Below are positions 46,880 to 56,862 of a stretch of DNA of 64,000 nt, piece by piece. This DNA is from a virus (lineage: Duplodnaviria > Caudoviricetes). The notes under the pieces are model-generated. The model was not told the DNA's origin and made no database searches. It saw only the letters and a list, made by a program, of their open reading frames with translations. The stretch covers positions 32,001-96,000 of the IMG/VR virus record IMGVR_UViG_2597489997_000001, one strand, 5' to 3'. The position numbers and the translations under genes were made by a program. Numbering within the stretch: the stretch's first letter is position 1; every line of letters begins with the position of its first letter.

Positions 46880-48628
46880 TTATGCTGCTTTTTTCATTTG
46901 TTCGATGAATGGGATTACAGACTCTTCATAGAAAGAGTTGATTTCAGTTAACTGAGGCATCCCGTAAATGGTATTACACAATGTCACTGCGTTAGCGATC
47001 GGTGATGATGCATAGTTCACACCAACGCGACGGAACTCGAAACGGTCCAGTCCTTCAATCTCACACACTTCCATCTTAGTAGTCTTGTTAGACACGTTAA
47101 GTGAAACTGTGATATGAGGGTAGGCACCTGTTACGTCGATATCGTCCGTATCCCCACGACCACGTGAACGCCATGAAGGAAGTCCAGCATAGATAGCTTT
47201 ACCTTTATCTTCATTAAGCTCAGCATGGAGCAGAGCGATCCAGTCACGCAGGTCTGGCTTGATCTCTTTCCAAAGATCTTCCTTCTTACGACCAACTGTA
47301 CCCCAAACATAACCTTCTTTCAATGCGATGAATGAAAGCTTATCGGAGATCATTGATGGTTGTGATTGGTAAGACTTCAGTTCAGAAGAAGTTACCAGAG
47401 ACGGAAGTGACAGTGAGTAGTCGTTAGTGGCACGGTTCAGATCTTCAATGACCCAGTTATCTCGGATGTTATACATTACGTATTCGTACGGATAATTGGC
47501 TACCATGAATTTGTGCCATTCAACAGAACCAGGTTGCAGATGTTCTGCTTCAGGAATATACAACTTCCCTTCTACCTTCTCAGCCTTAGCTGTGTTCTGC
47601 AACGAATAAGATTCCTTCTTACCCATAGGAGCACGTTTAATTGCATAGAAAGACATTCCGTCAAACCACTGCCAACGAGCTGGGGCTTGAACTACTGGGA
47701 ATCTTTCTTGTGGTTCTAAAGGAGATTGTGAACCATCTACTTTACGTTTAAACTCACGACCTTTAAAGTAATAGTAATCTTGATACGGTTTAGGAATAGA
47801 AGGATCAGAATAAGTCTCAGCTAAATTGTAACCTTCATTTTCAAGAGCTTTCTCATTCTGCTCCATATCAAAGTTTGCGTTCCAGCTAACAACGAAGTCC
47901 ATTGACATCCGGTGCCAAGCTTGTACGTTATTATAAACAACCTGACCTGGCGTGTTAGCCAGTTCCCACTGGATCGTTACACCGTGCTTGTCCATATAGT
48001 CTTTCAAGTGAATCGCCGCACACTCGTTCAACTTACGGATAATAATCGCGTCGTCTTTCTGATCTTCTTCTGGGAAGTAACTACGAAGACCCGACCAATA
48101 GGCTTGTTCCTTCATAGTAGTAGAAGCCATGTTGATTGGACCGACGGAGCCATCTTTCATGATGTAAGTTTCAACGTCGTATGCCGCAACCTTAAAAGCT
48201 TCTGCTGGTTGGTGGTCAGGGAATCTTTCGTAATACTTTTGTTTATAGATTACGGGAACAGATTCTTGACACCCGAATACATATGGGTTGTTCTTCATGT
48301 CAGAGATCTGAGCTTTACGATCTGGTCGACCAAAGAGACACTTACTGATCTGTTCTGCTAAACGTGATTCGTTGGTTGAGTGCTTGTCGCACTTGTTCGC
48401 TTCGATATAGTCACGTTTATCTTTAAAGCCTTGGTACTTCTTCTTAACAATATAGAAGTCGCGTTTATAGTTCTCAATCTGAACTAAACGGTCGGTACGT
48501 TTGCCGCTCTGATGGATATCAGTTACCTTGGCAGTAAGTAAATCATTACCACCGCTAAATTTATTGAAGGATAAGTAAGCGTGCTTACAAACGCGTCCAA
48601 CAATAGGATCTTCGATTTTATCTGTCAT
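46880..48628 (-). CDS. family-B DNA polymerase, exonuclease plus motif A subunit (phiKZ gp82-like)
   Basis: ExoI YDVET, ExoII WNANFD, ExoIII YNIRD, motif A DVTGAYP, LNVS. Confidence 0.92.
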   Translation of the reverse strand: MTDKIEDPIVGRVCKHAYLSFNKFSGGNDLLTAKVTDIHQSGKRTDRLVQIENYKRDFYIVKKKYQGFKDKRDYIEANKCDKHSTNESRLAEQISKCLFGRPDRKAQISDMKNNPYVFGCQESVPVIYKQKYYERFPDHQPAEAFKVAAYDVETYIMKDGSVGPINMASTTMKEQAYWSGLRSYFPEEDQKDDAIIIRKLNECAAIHLKDYMDKHGVTIQWELANTPGQVVYNNVQAWHRMSMDFVVSWNANFDMEQNEKALENEGYNLAETYSDPSIPKPYQDYYYFKGREFKRKVDGSQSPLEPQERFPVVQAPARWQWFDGMSFYAIKRAPMGKKESYSLQNTAKAEKVEGKLYIPEAEHLQPGSVEWHKFMVANYPYEYVMYNIRDNWVIEDLNRATNDYSLSLPSLVTSSELKSYQSQPSMISDKLSFIALKEGYVWGTVGRKKEDLWKEIKPDLRDWIALLHAELNEDKGKAIYAGLPSWRSRGRGDTDDIDVTGAYPHITVSLNVSNKTTKMEVCEIEGLDRFEFRRVGVNYASSPIANAVTLCNTIYGMPQLTEINSFYEESVIPFIEQMKKAA

Positions 48629-48717
48629 GTCAATACCCGAATGTTATGACGTCATAAGTTGAATTTGCTACACAATCCAGCTTGCCCTTTTATTTTACTC
48701 CCGGAGTAACACTAGAA

Positions 48718-50049
48718 ATGTTAGATATTAACTTTCTGAATCCCAAAGCCCCGCTGAACTTTGCGGGCATGGAGTTTATGGACTATGTTAGTTCTGACCT
48801 CTATCCTAGCCTCATCAAGTTTTTCAGTGACTATACTTTCATCGATGAAGAAACTGGACTTGAACGCATCAACGTAAGTAAAGAATCCGTAGAACGTTTC
48901 CATGACATCGTTTTCCCACTTACCGGAATGGACGTACTGTTCACCGAAAACGCACTCATCGGAAACATGGCGGTCGATGTAGGATACTTGTCCCCGCATA
49001 ACCTTTTAAATATCGCTGCGCTGGATATGTACATCGATAAAGAAGAAACTAACGTTGCCCGTGCAATGAAAGTTCTTAAGACTGATGTTCTCAAGGGTTG
49101 GGTTGATACCTCTACCGGTAAAATTGGTGGAGATTTTAGCAAGGTACCTATTACCATTTCTGTCAACGTTTGGGCTGACGAGTGGATGAAACGCAAAGTC
49201 CTGGCTAAACTGAAAATCAGTCTCCCTGAAGCACTGGCTATAACCGTGTGTCACGAATTGGGCCACGTCTTTACTGGTTTCCTTTATGTTACCCGCACTT
49301 GCTTCGATGCCATTCTTCCGGTCATCGCTATTAAGCAAGTTTGTGGTGGAAGCATCTACGGTAAAGAGCGCGCAACTATTATTAACGATACATTGAAAGA
49401 GTTGGATATCCCACCAACCGCCAAAGTAGAAGAGGTAGCCAGAATGGAAGAAGACCAATTAGCGGTCTACTTCAGCAAAGCTATCAATAACCGAGACCTG
49501 AACCGCACCTTGTCAATTGGTGGTGCGTATCGTGGCTCTGAAGTATTGGCTGACCTTTATGCTGTCCGTATGGGCTGTCCTAAAGCAATGTTGGCTGCTG
49601 CGGGTGCGCTGAAAAGTACGTTCCCTGATAAAGGCACGGCTGTCCTCGGTGGTATCACCTTCTTCCTGGCTGTAGCCGGTACATCAGTCCTGGCAGGTTT
49701 TGCTGGTGTTATTTTTGCTGGTATGTTGCTTTTACGCTTTGGTGCGTACAACATCCCTAACCCTTCGTATGACGCTCCTTATCGTCGCATGAAGAATATC
49801 CTTCGCGATACCGTTGTTCGTCTGAATGATGATAAAGGGATGGATAAACGTGAAAAGGCTAAACTCCTGGCTTCGGCTAAAGAGATGGAGACTATGATCT
49901 CCGACTCCAAACCTTTCTTTGAAGGAACTGGTGTCCAACGTCTCGTGGGGTATATCCTTTCCGGTACTGACTTCCGGGCTGCTGACTTCGAGCATTACAC
50001 CGAAGAACTCATTGGCCATACTCTGTCACTTTATAAAGAAGCTTTCTAA
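48718..50049 (+). CDS. head/ejection protein with zincin HExxH motif and hydrophobic segment (phiKZ gp83/84 region)
   Basis: AGMEF site, CHELGH, EVLADLYAVRMG, hydrophobic AVLGGITFFLAVAG...IFAGMLLL. Confidence 0.7.
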   Translation: MLDINFLNPKAPLNFAGMEFMDYVSSDLYPSLIKFFSDYTFIDEETGLERINVSKESVERFHDIVFPLTGMDVLFTENALIGNMAVDVGYLSPHNLLNIAALDMYIDKEETNVARAMKVLKTDVLKGWVDTSTGKIGGDFSKVPITISVNVWADEWMKRKVLAKLKISLPEALAITVCHELGHVFTGFLYVTRTCFDAILPVIAIKQVCGGSIYGKERATIINDTLKELDIPPTAKVEEVARMEEDQLAVYFSKAINNRDLNRTLSIGGAYRGSEVLADLYAVRMGCPKAMLAAAGALKSTFPDKGTAVLGGITFFLAVAGTSVLAGFAGVIFAGMLLLRFGAYNIPNPSYDAPYRRMKNILRDTVVRLNDDKGMDKREKAKLLASAKEMETMISDSKPFFEGTGVQRLVGYILSGTDFRAADFEHYTEELIGHTLSLYKEAF

Positions 50050-50058
50050 GGAATAACC

Positions 50059-50490
50059 ATGTCTCATTTGGCTCACATTGTAAAACTTAAGCAAGACCTG
50101 ATCGCTAATAAAGTGGTCGCTCCTGCTGATCAAATCGCAGTGGTTCGTACCGCTTATGTTAAAGCACTCATCAATGTTAACGCTGTTAACAAGTTGGATG
50201 AAGATCAGTGCATTAACTTTAACCGTTTCGTACTGGGCTACTGGAATGAAGTAACTCCTGTAAACGGTCCACTGGTCATGGCTATGATCGGTAAGTTCTT
50301 CCGTTCCTTCGACGCGTTTGTCGCTAGCACTATTACCGCCAACACTTTGGAAATCCAGGTAGTTGATAAAGTAGAAGGTGTCGACTTCAAATGGGAAGAA
50401 TTGGATTCTTACCGTGAACTGGTACAGACTCTGATTGCTGAAGGTAAGCACAAGCTGGAACAATTCCTGCCTACCGATAACATCGTTTAA
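50059..50490 (+). CDS. putative virion protein
   Basis: TAAGGA RBS; head-gene operon. Confidence 0.7.
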   Translation: MSHLAHIVKLKQDLIANKVVAPADQIAVVRTAYVKALINVNAVNKLDEDQCINFNRFVLGYWNEVTPVNGPLVMAMIGKFFRSFDAFVASTITANTLEIQVVDKVEGVDFKWEELDSYRELVQTLIAEGKHKLEQFLPTDNIV

Positions 50491-50502
50491 TCTGGAGCTA
50501 TC

Positions 50503-52086
50503 ATGTCCGAAGAAAAGAAAGATCAAAAGACTGATAGCGAATCCGTAGAGCTGGGGTCAGTACTCCAGCTTCACCCTCACAAGCCAACCACTAAAGTTAA
50601 TACGGTTGATCGTAAGGACGGAGAAGAATACATCTCTCTTGATGATGTATACGAAGTTACCGGTCAGGAATCACTTCAAATCCTTGCGGCTAACTGTCGT
50701 GAGTTTATGAATAACAAACGCCTGGCTCCATCAGGATACACTGTGCTGCTTCTGGCGGGCAATGAATCCATGATCCCTGGCTATGACCGTTATAATGCGG
50801 TTAAAGGCGGAGAGGGCTTCCTGGAAGCTCTGAAGAAAGGTTTCGTCATTATCATCAAGAACGCTAAGCGTTTTATTATCGCAGTGATCGATTGGGGTGT
50901 GGCGCGCTTGCGTGCTTTGCTGGCTTTCGAGAAAACTGAGAAAGAACTGGCTATTATTGCTAGCGTATCCAAAGAAGTTAAAACTAAACTTCTGGGTATC
51001 CTCAGTGAACTTGCTGATGGTGAGAAAGTTCCTTTCGATACAGCTGAACTTTACGCTGCCCTGCCAGGCAATATCACAAGTACTGACGCATTCTCCATTG
51101 TGCGTGGTGGAATCAATAAAGGTATCACCGCTCAGATGAAGAACTTCCAGTCTGTAGTGAAAGATCTGGATGCTGCTTCTCAGCTGATGATTCGTGCCGG
51201 TATGGATGCGAAGAACTCACGTAGTCGTTATCAAATGGCAGTGCGTAAATTACGTCAGGCGTTCCGTGACCGTGAATCGTTCTCTGCTGCTGATGTAACT
51301 GAGTTCCGTCATGCTATCGATAAAGAGCTGGTAGAAGCTCTGAACCCAGAACCAATGCGTGATATGCTCGATAAGATCATTACTCGTGTATATGACATTG
51401 ATTTGGGCAACATCGGTCTTGATGGTGCGTTTAAAGATAACCTTCGCAAACAACGTGAAGAACTGACTAAAACTGTTCAGGTTAAAGTTACCCCTGAAGA
51501 GTATGAAGAGTATCGTGGGATTGCTAGTAACCTGGCAGTCACAATGCTCAAGCAGTCTTCCGATCGTTTCGATGCTAACCAACTTGCAGTACTGAAAGAC
51601 GCACTGGAAGTTAAAGATGCCGAACTTATTGAAGAGATTCAAAATGCGTTCCCAGAACACGGCGTACTTTCTACAAGCTACACTGCTTATGCTGCTCATA
51701 TATCTGAGTACGTATCAACCATGGAATACCTGGTAAACGTTTGCGGTAACGTCCGTCGTTCTATCGCTAGCATTATCAACTGGGGTAATAAGGTTGACCG
51801 TCTGATGTTCTCCTACATCACCAAAGACATCTCAACTATTCTGGCTGCTGAAGATGAGCTACTCTCTAAAGAGAAAGTAGATGATCTGGCCGCTAAAGAT
51901 AAAGATGGTAAACGTGTCGATTCTATTTTGAATATCGATTACGATGCTACCTTTATTGCTAAGCACCCTGTCTATGGTCGAGCTATTCAAGCTTATCGTT
52001 TTGAAACCAGTAAGCTTCGTCAGAAGTTTAAAATGATTGATGAAGTGAATAAGCTTCTGAAGTCTATCGGTGCAAGGACTATCTAA
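50503..52086 (+). CDS. head/ejection protein with propeptide (phiKZ gp86-like by position)
   Basis: TGQES, AGNES, KGGEGFLEALKKG sites. Confidence 0.7.
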   Translation: MSEEKKDQKTDSESVELGSVLQLHPHKPTTKVNTVDRKDGEEYISLDDVYEVTGQESLQILAANCREFMNNKRLAPSGYTVLLLAGNESMIPGYDRYNAVKGGEGFLEALKKGFVIIIKNAKRFIIAVIDWGVARLRALLAFEKTEKELAIIASVSKEVKTKLLGILSELADGEKVPFDTAELYAALPGNITSTDAFSIVRGGINKGITAQMKNFQSVVKDLDAASQLMIRAGMDAKNSRSRYQMAVRKLRQAFRDRESFSAADVTEFRHAIDKELVEALNPEPMRDMLDKIITRVYDIDLGNIGLDGAFKDNLRKQREELTKTVQVKVTPEEYEEYRGIASNLAVTMLKQSSDRFDANQLAVLKDALEVKDAELIEEIQNAFPEHGVLSTSYTAYAAHISEYVSTMEYLVNVCGNVRRSIASIINWGNKVDRLMFSYITKDISTILAAEDELLSKEKVDDLAAKDKDGKRVDSILNIDYDATFIAKHPVYGRAIQAYRFETSKLRQKFKMIDEVNKLLKSIGARTI

Positions 52087-52737
52087 ATGCAGAAAGAAGA
52101 TCTGTACGCACTCATTGACCAACTGACTATTGACCAGGAACGTTATAACAAGTTCAAGGACTATACGCTCACGTTCGTCAGAGATAAGCGTTGTCGTAAA
52201 GGCGCACTGGCGTTTGTAGAAGAAGTATTTAATCTTCCACAGATTTCAGGGCGTGATGAATTGGCTCTGAGGTTGTTCTCTGAAAAGAGTTTACAAAACT
52301 CCAGAATGGTTGAAGATTTTATCTTTACCCATCCTATCACCATTGGGTATTCAGAAGCCCTCAAAACAGCCAGACTGGATTTGATGAAGAAGGTCGGTGA
52401 ATATATCATCGATATCTCTCGTCGTCTTACAGAGTCTGAGATTGCTGATAAAGATGAACGTCAAGTTTATCTTCGTCGTGCAGTAGCAAGACTGTATAAG
52501 GTTTCCTGGCGTCGTACTCAGGTCACTATCCAAGCTGATCAATGGCATGAGGTAGAACCTGAAGATATCCCTTATCTGACCGAGACCCTTGATGAACTGA
52601 CGAATCGTATTTCTGATACCCGTCGTTTCCTGATTTGGTCTGATCAGTATGGTGATAGCTTTGGTCTGGATGATGAGAAGACACTCAAATCTCTTCGCAC
52701 CTATTTAGACTATCTGGATACCTATCTGGAATACTAA
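52087..52737 (+). CDS. putative virion protein
   Basis: Abuts the previous stop. Confidence 0.7.
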   Translation: MQKEDLYALIDQLTIDQERYNKFKDYTLTFVRDKRCRKGALAFVEEVFNLPQISGRDELALRLFSEKSLQNSRMVEDFIFTHPITIGYSEALKTARLDLMKKVGEYIIDISRRLTESEIADKDERQVYLRRAVARLYKVSWRRTQVTIQADQWHEVEPEDIPYLTETLDELTNRISDTRRFLIWSDQYGDSFGLDDEKTLKSLRTYLDYLDTYLEY

Positions 52738-52740
52738 CAG

Positions 52741-52788
52741 CATAAATCCCCTACCCCTCCTTGACGGAGTGGGTAGGGGTTATGTTTG
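52741..52788. repeat. hairpin-family member / bidirectional terminator; inverted copy of 46841-46872
   Basis: cataaat-cccctacccctccttgacggagtgggtagggg-ttatgtttg. Confidence 0.85.
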
Positions 52789-52794
52789 TTTCTT

Positions 52795-55773
52795 TTATTC
52801 TTCGATGAAGTGACGTTTGAACTGAACTTCGATATCTTCCTTAATGGTGAGATAACGGTCAGCTGTTTGGTCAATCACCTTACGAACACTGAATCCATTC
52901 GTGGTGTCGATGTTGGTAATGATGTCAATACCCATCGTGCCAGCATTACCGATAACCTTAACGTTAAGAACATCAGAGCCAGCATTCTGACGAAGCTTAG
53001 CAGTGATCTCACTGATACCAACAGTATCCTGACGAAGGATTTCGTTGATGATGCGGTGAGTTGACGTAATGAGACTATCTTTGAGGTTCTGGTTACGCAG
53101 ACCTTCTTTGGTGAGAGAGTAAGTAACACCGAAGGTAAGATCTGTTTTGAGAATACGTTCGATTGCTTCGTTGTAAACCACGCGAGTGTAACCCATGGTG
53201 GAACGAGGTTTGAACACCAACTTAGTTTCATCGAGAGTAATGCGGTTGTATTCATCAAGCTGGGAAATAACTTCATCAACGAAGAAGTCATCGATACGAT
53301 CCATATAGTTCGTATCATACTCATCCTGAGAAACCATATAGTTATAGTCGAACCCAATGAAGTCGAAGTAATACTTCATCTTGCGAGGTTCTAACGGAAT
53401 AGGGAAACCTTGATCGTCGTACATGGTCTGACCCTTTGTAAACTTCCAGACAGGCTTACCGTCAGAAGTAAAGCGTTGGGTACCGGCTTTATGAACAATG
53501 ATAGGTTTCTTATTATCATCTAATACCAGTTTCTCAAATGGCTCGCCGTTAGGCATAATAACCGTTTCAGTCTGGTAGATGTTTTCCGCGTAAGTATCAG
53601 GAACGTCAGCAGTATACTTCTTGTACTGTGCTTCACCGACCATAGGGCGGATACGAGAGTACAGCGATTCCAGAGGGCGACCAAATTCAACAGCATACTC
53701 GGTTTCAATCATCGAGATGGTAGTTGAACTAAACAGGGTCTGGTCAATCTTCATATCCGACTTAGACAGCAACTGGTTACCAGGACCGCTGTAAGTGAAG
53801 ATGAAGTTAGCAATCGTTGACAGATCTACAAACGTATGGTCTTGTGGTCTACCGAACTGATTGAACCCAGCCATGTCAATTTGGTTACCGTCATCAATAT
53901 CAAACTTAGTATCGATGCGGAATGAGAAGATGCGTTCTTTTGTATCAGCGTCAATACCATCAAACTTAGCACGCATCGTAGCAGGAGATGTTGTCCCGAT
54001 AGGAGTAAGGCTAAGCTGTACACCAACAAGTTCATCACTGATTTGTTTATAAGAATCAGAAGACTGAGTGCGGATGGAGATCGTGTAACCTTTAGGGTCT
54101 GCCGCGATGTTGATTTGACCAACACCAACCTGCACACCTAAGTTAACGTTCTCGAAACGGAATGTCTGATACTTAATGGTAGGACGGCTAAGACGATAGA
54201 TACGAACAGCTGCTCGATCCTTGGTGGTATCGAAGACGTAGGCAAATGGGTTATAGACCATCGACCGTTTAGTCATCGTATCAATCTTGTTCTGGTTAGT
54301 AGAACCTAAGAGCGTATCGATCTCATGCTTACTTACCAGGAACGGAGTTTGCTGTGTAATATCAAATGCCCCGCGTTGTAGCAGGGTGATACGTTTACCA
54401 TTGTCAATCCCCCAACCCGTTCCAACAATCTCATCCAGGGACGTTAGGAGTGATCCTACATGCGTACCGATAGAAGAGTTGAAGCGAGTGAACGAACTGT
54501 CATTAAACAGTTTGTCTTCCTGAATAGGGAGATCTTTGGTTACACGATACAAACGAGATGTCACGTGGTCAATGGAGCGAACAGAAGAATAACCATTACG
54601 CAGCATGAATTGAGAGATGTCTGAGTTACTGACCGGAATCAGACGGCGACGGTGGCCGTAGATCATCAGGTTCTTCAGTTCTTCAAACGGAGTAGCGTCA
54701 CGACCACCAGTGATTGGATCAATGGAGTCGATCAGTACATCATCAATACGACGGAAGGGTTCCTCGTAAGTGCTGAGTTTACCTTTGTCATTATTGTAGT
54801 TGTAATACTTCGCTGAATGATACTGAGTTTTAAGTGTGGTCAGATCTCGGTAGTAAACACCTTTGGTGGTGTAAACCAAAATTGACACACGTCCAATAGC
54901 AGAACCGTTCTGAATATAAACAGAAGGTATCGAAGCTTCAAATGTCGTGTCATCAATGACGTCAACAACCAGAGTCGGGAGAGTCGGGTTATAAACTTCA
55001 TTGTTATAAATGACGGACATTTCATTACGCTGACTTGTTCCATCTGGAGTGATGAAAGCACGGACCGCATAAAGACTATCTTCGAAAGTCACTGGTTCTC
55101 TGAAACCTGTCGCGTTGTTGACTGGACGGTTTGGAATCTCAGTAATGTGTAGCTGACGTAATGGGAGTTCGATAGTCAGATAACGACGGTTGTCGATATC
55201 CAGATGACCGATCTCCGGGGTGTTCGTGGTTAGAGGTTTCAAAGGAGATTGACGATCACTATCGTAGACCACCTGATACCCACCGTGTTCCATCACACGA
55301 ATCTCTACAGGGTTTTCCAGAAGGAATGGAAGACCTGCTACGTCGAATTCAGTATCCCCAGGGATAACCAGCTTACGGTAACGGTTGTTTAAGTTACCAT
55401 CAACATTATCAAAAGGAATAGAAAAACGATCCAGAGACTCTTGCGAGATAATAAAACGGATTTTCGTGTCTGACGGCTCAGCAAATATACCATACCAATC
55501 CTCATCTGACATTTGTTTAGAGAGATCAGAAATATTTCTGGCATGAACCTTAAAGGTCTTGGCCTCACTGTCACCTAAGCGAGAGATGAAACCATAGTTA
55601 GTTCCAACTACCAAATCCACCGCATAAGCAAATGGATGGTCTGTGGAGTTGAGAGTACCAGCGCCTGCGCTGAATGCACTCTCGATATCATTAAACACGG
55701 TAGCAATAACACGTGAGGGGTTATTACTAATTCGTGCGAGTTCGTCAAAGTCCATACTCATCTTGGTACCCAC
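52795..55773 (-). CDS. baseplate protein (phiKZ gp87-like; baseplate J/gp6-like)
   Basis: 992 aa; VYTTKG and ITGGRDA..FEELK motifs; synteny. Confidence 0.78.
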   Translation of the reverse strand: MGTKMSMDFDELARISNNPSRVIATVFNDIESAFSAGAGTLNSTDHPFAYAVDLVVGTNYGFISRLGDSEAKTFKVHARNISDLSKQMSDEDWYGIFAEPSDTKIRFIISQESLDRFSIPFDNVDGNLNNRYRKLVIPGDTEFDVAGLPFLLENPVEIRVMEHGGYQVVYDSDRQSPLKPLTTNTPEIGHLDIDNRRYLTIELPLRQLHITEIPNRPVNNATGFREPVTFEDSLYAVRAFITPDGTSQRNEMSVIYNNEVYNPTLPTLVVDVIDDTTFEASIPSVYIQNGSAIGRVSILVYTTKGVYYRDLTTLKTQYHSAKYYNYNNDKGKLSTYEEPFRRIDDVLIDSIDPITGGRDATPFEELKNLMIYGHRRRLIPVSNSDISQFMLRNGYSSVRSIDHVTSRLYRVTKDLPIQEDKLFNDSSFTRFNSSIGTHVGSLLTSLDEIVGTGWGIDNGKRITLLQRGAFDITQQTPFLVSKHEIDTLLGSTNQNKIDTMTKRSMVYNPFAYVFDTTKDRAAVRIYRLSRPTIKYQTFRFENVNLGVQVGVGQINIAADPKGYTISIRTQSSDSYKQISDELVGVQLSLTPIGTTSPATMRAKFDGIDADTKERIFSFRIDTKFDIDDGNQIDMAGFNQFGRPQDHTFVDLSTIANFIFTYSGPGNQLLSKSDMKIDQTLFSSTTISMIETEYAVEFGRPLESLYSRIRPMVGEAQYKKYTADVPDTYAENIYQTETVIMPNGEPFEKLVLDDNKKPIIVHKAGTQRFTSDGKPVWKFTKGQTMYDDQGFPIPLEPRKMKYYFDFIGFDYNYMVSQDEYDTNYMDRIDDFFVDEVISQLDEYNRITLDETKLVFKPRSTMGYTRVVYNEAIERILKTDLTFGVTYSLTKEGLRNQNLKDSLITSTHRIINEILRQDTVGISEITAKLRQNAGSDVLNVKVIGNAGTMGIDIITNIDTTNGFSVRKVIDQTADRYLTIKEDIEVQFKRHFIEE

Positions 55774-56837
55774 CAGGTTAATTTAATACCCGTTCTTGCG
55801 ACAGTACGTCCGCCCTCACCTTTTATCTCAGCAGTACGAGGAAGAAGCAAAGGACTGGCACCGTAGTTATAAGGTATATATTCATCGGACTTAAGTTCAC
55901 GGTAAAGACGATTACGGTTCTCTGGTCGCATACCTTTATTATACTCAAAAGTATGTTCGTTGAATGATTGGATTAAGCCCCACTCATCCATGCGCATGCC
56001 AGCAGAAGAGAACTGAACTGTAAAGTCGTCTTGTCCTTCGCCACGGAGTGTGGTGGAGGTATTATCGATGTTCGCAATAGAACCGGCTGGGTATGTTACC
56101 GGAATAGATTGAACGGTAGCAAAGATATGCTCAAGGAACTCAGAGTCCTTGTTCATTATAAGGTGATAGATACGGCAATCGTAATCAATACGGTTACTCA
56201 TCAAGTACCAGTCACGAGGACCAACTTGTCTGTCACCGGAAGTTACTTCAGAGATATAATCTTCCCAGTATTGGAACAGGGCTTGAATCACAGAAGGCTT
56301 CGGATTGTAGTAAGCTTGCTGAATAGTGAAGACACCATTCGACTCTAACTTACTGGCAACACGTTGATAAACCTGCTGTCTCATTCCTGGTTCACTGGTA
56401 TCAATAGAGATTTGAAGATCGTCGAACCCAGTAGACGTTTTAAGATATTCTGTCAACACCGGTATAAAAGGAAACTGATTATTCAGCCCTACCGGGTTGT
56501 TTGCAGCACCCCAACGTTCGTCCAGCATTCCTCGGACATAGGCACCAACACTATACTGACTTGCGCCGAACAGACTAACCAGTTTCTCTGAACGACTGAT
56601 GTTATCATCAGACAGATTCAGCTGGGGCCTTGTTACGAGCGACAATCCTATGGTGTTATCGGCCATAGGCATCATTGCCGGGCCTTTACCTAGTATCCTA
56701 ATTCCTCTCATGGAATTAAGCATTGGTGAAATATAGCCAGGAGAAGTACCGGACAAGAGTGCAGCGTCAAATATGTCTTTTCGCTTTTCTAGGTTCTCCC
56801 CTGAATAATTTGTAAAATTATTTTCATCTTGATCCAT
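55758..56837 (-). CDS. virion structural protein (phiKZ gp88-like; tail-tube-related fold suspected)
   Basis: TRPQLNLSDDN, IDYDCRIY motifs; GAGG RBS before ATG 56837. Confidence 0.72.
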   Translation of the reverse strand: MDQDENNFTNYSGENLEKRKDIFDAALLSGTSPGYISPMLNSMRGIRILGKGPAMMPMADNTIGLSLVTRPQLNLSDDNISRSEKLVSLFGASQYSVGAYVRGMLDERWGAANNPVGLNNQFPFIPVLTEYLKTSTGFDDLQISIDTSEPGMRQQVYQRVASKLESNGVFTIQQAYYNPKPSVIQALFQYWEDYISEVTSGDRQVGPRDWYLMSNRIDYDCRIYHLIMNKDSEFLEHIFATVQSIPVTYPAGSIANIDNTSTTLRGEGQDDFTVQFSSAGMRMDEWGLIQSFNEHTFEYNKGMRPENRNRLYRELKSDEYIPYNYGASPLLLPRTAEIKGEGGRTVARTGIKLTWWVPR

Positions 56838-56862
56838 ATAAGACCTCAAAACGGAGCATTCA

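Noticed and set aside
9842-48628. DNA polymerase and RNA polymerases appearing split or pseudogenised
   Set aside because: Split polB and split beta/beta' subunits are the normal state in phiKZ-like phages
38521-52788. Hairpin repeats as a CRISPR array or IS ends
   Set aside because: Dispersed at gene ends with kb-scale irregular spacing; no spacers, cas gene, transposase or target-site duplications seen
56838-56862. Very short divergent gap between gp88- and gp89-like genes
   Set aside because: Filled by two RBSs; short late promoters can lie within coding DNA, so nothing further is supportable
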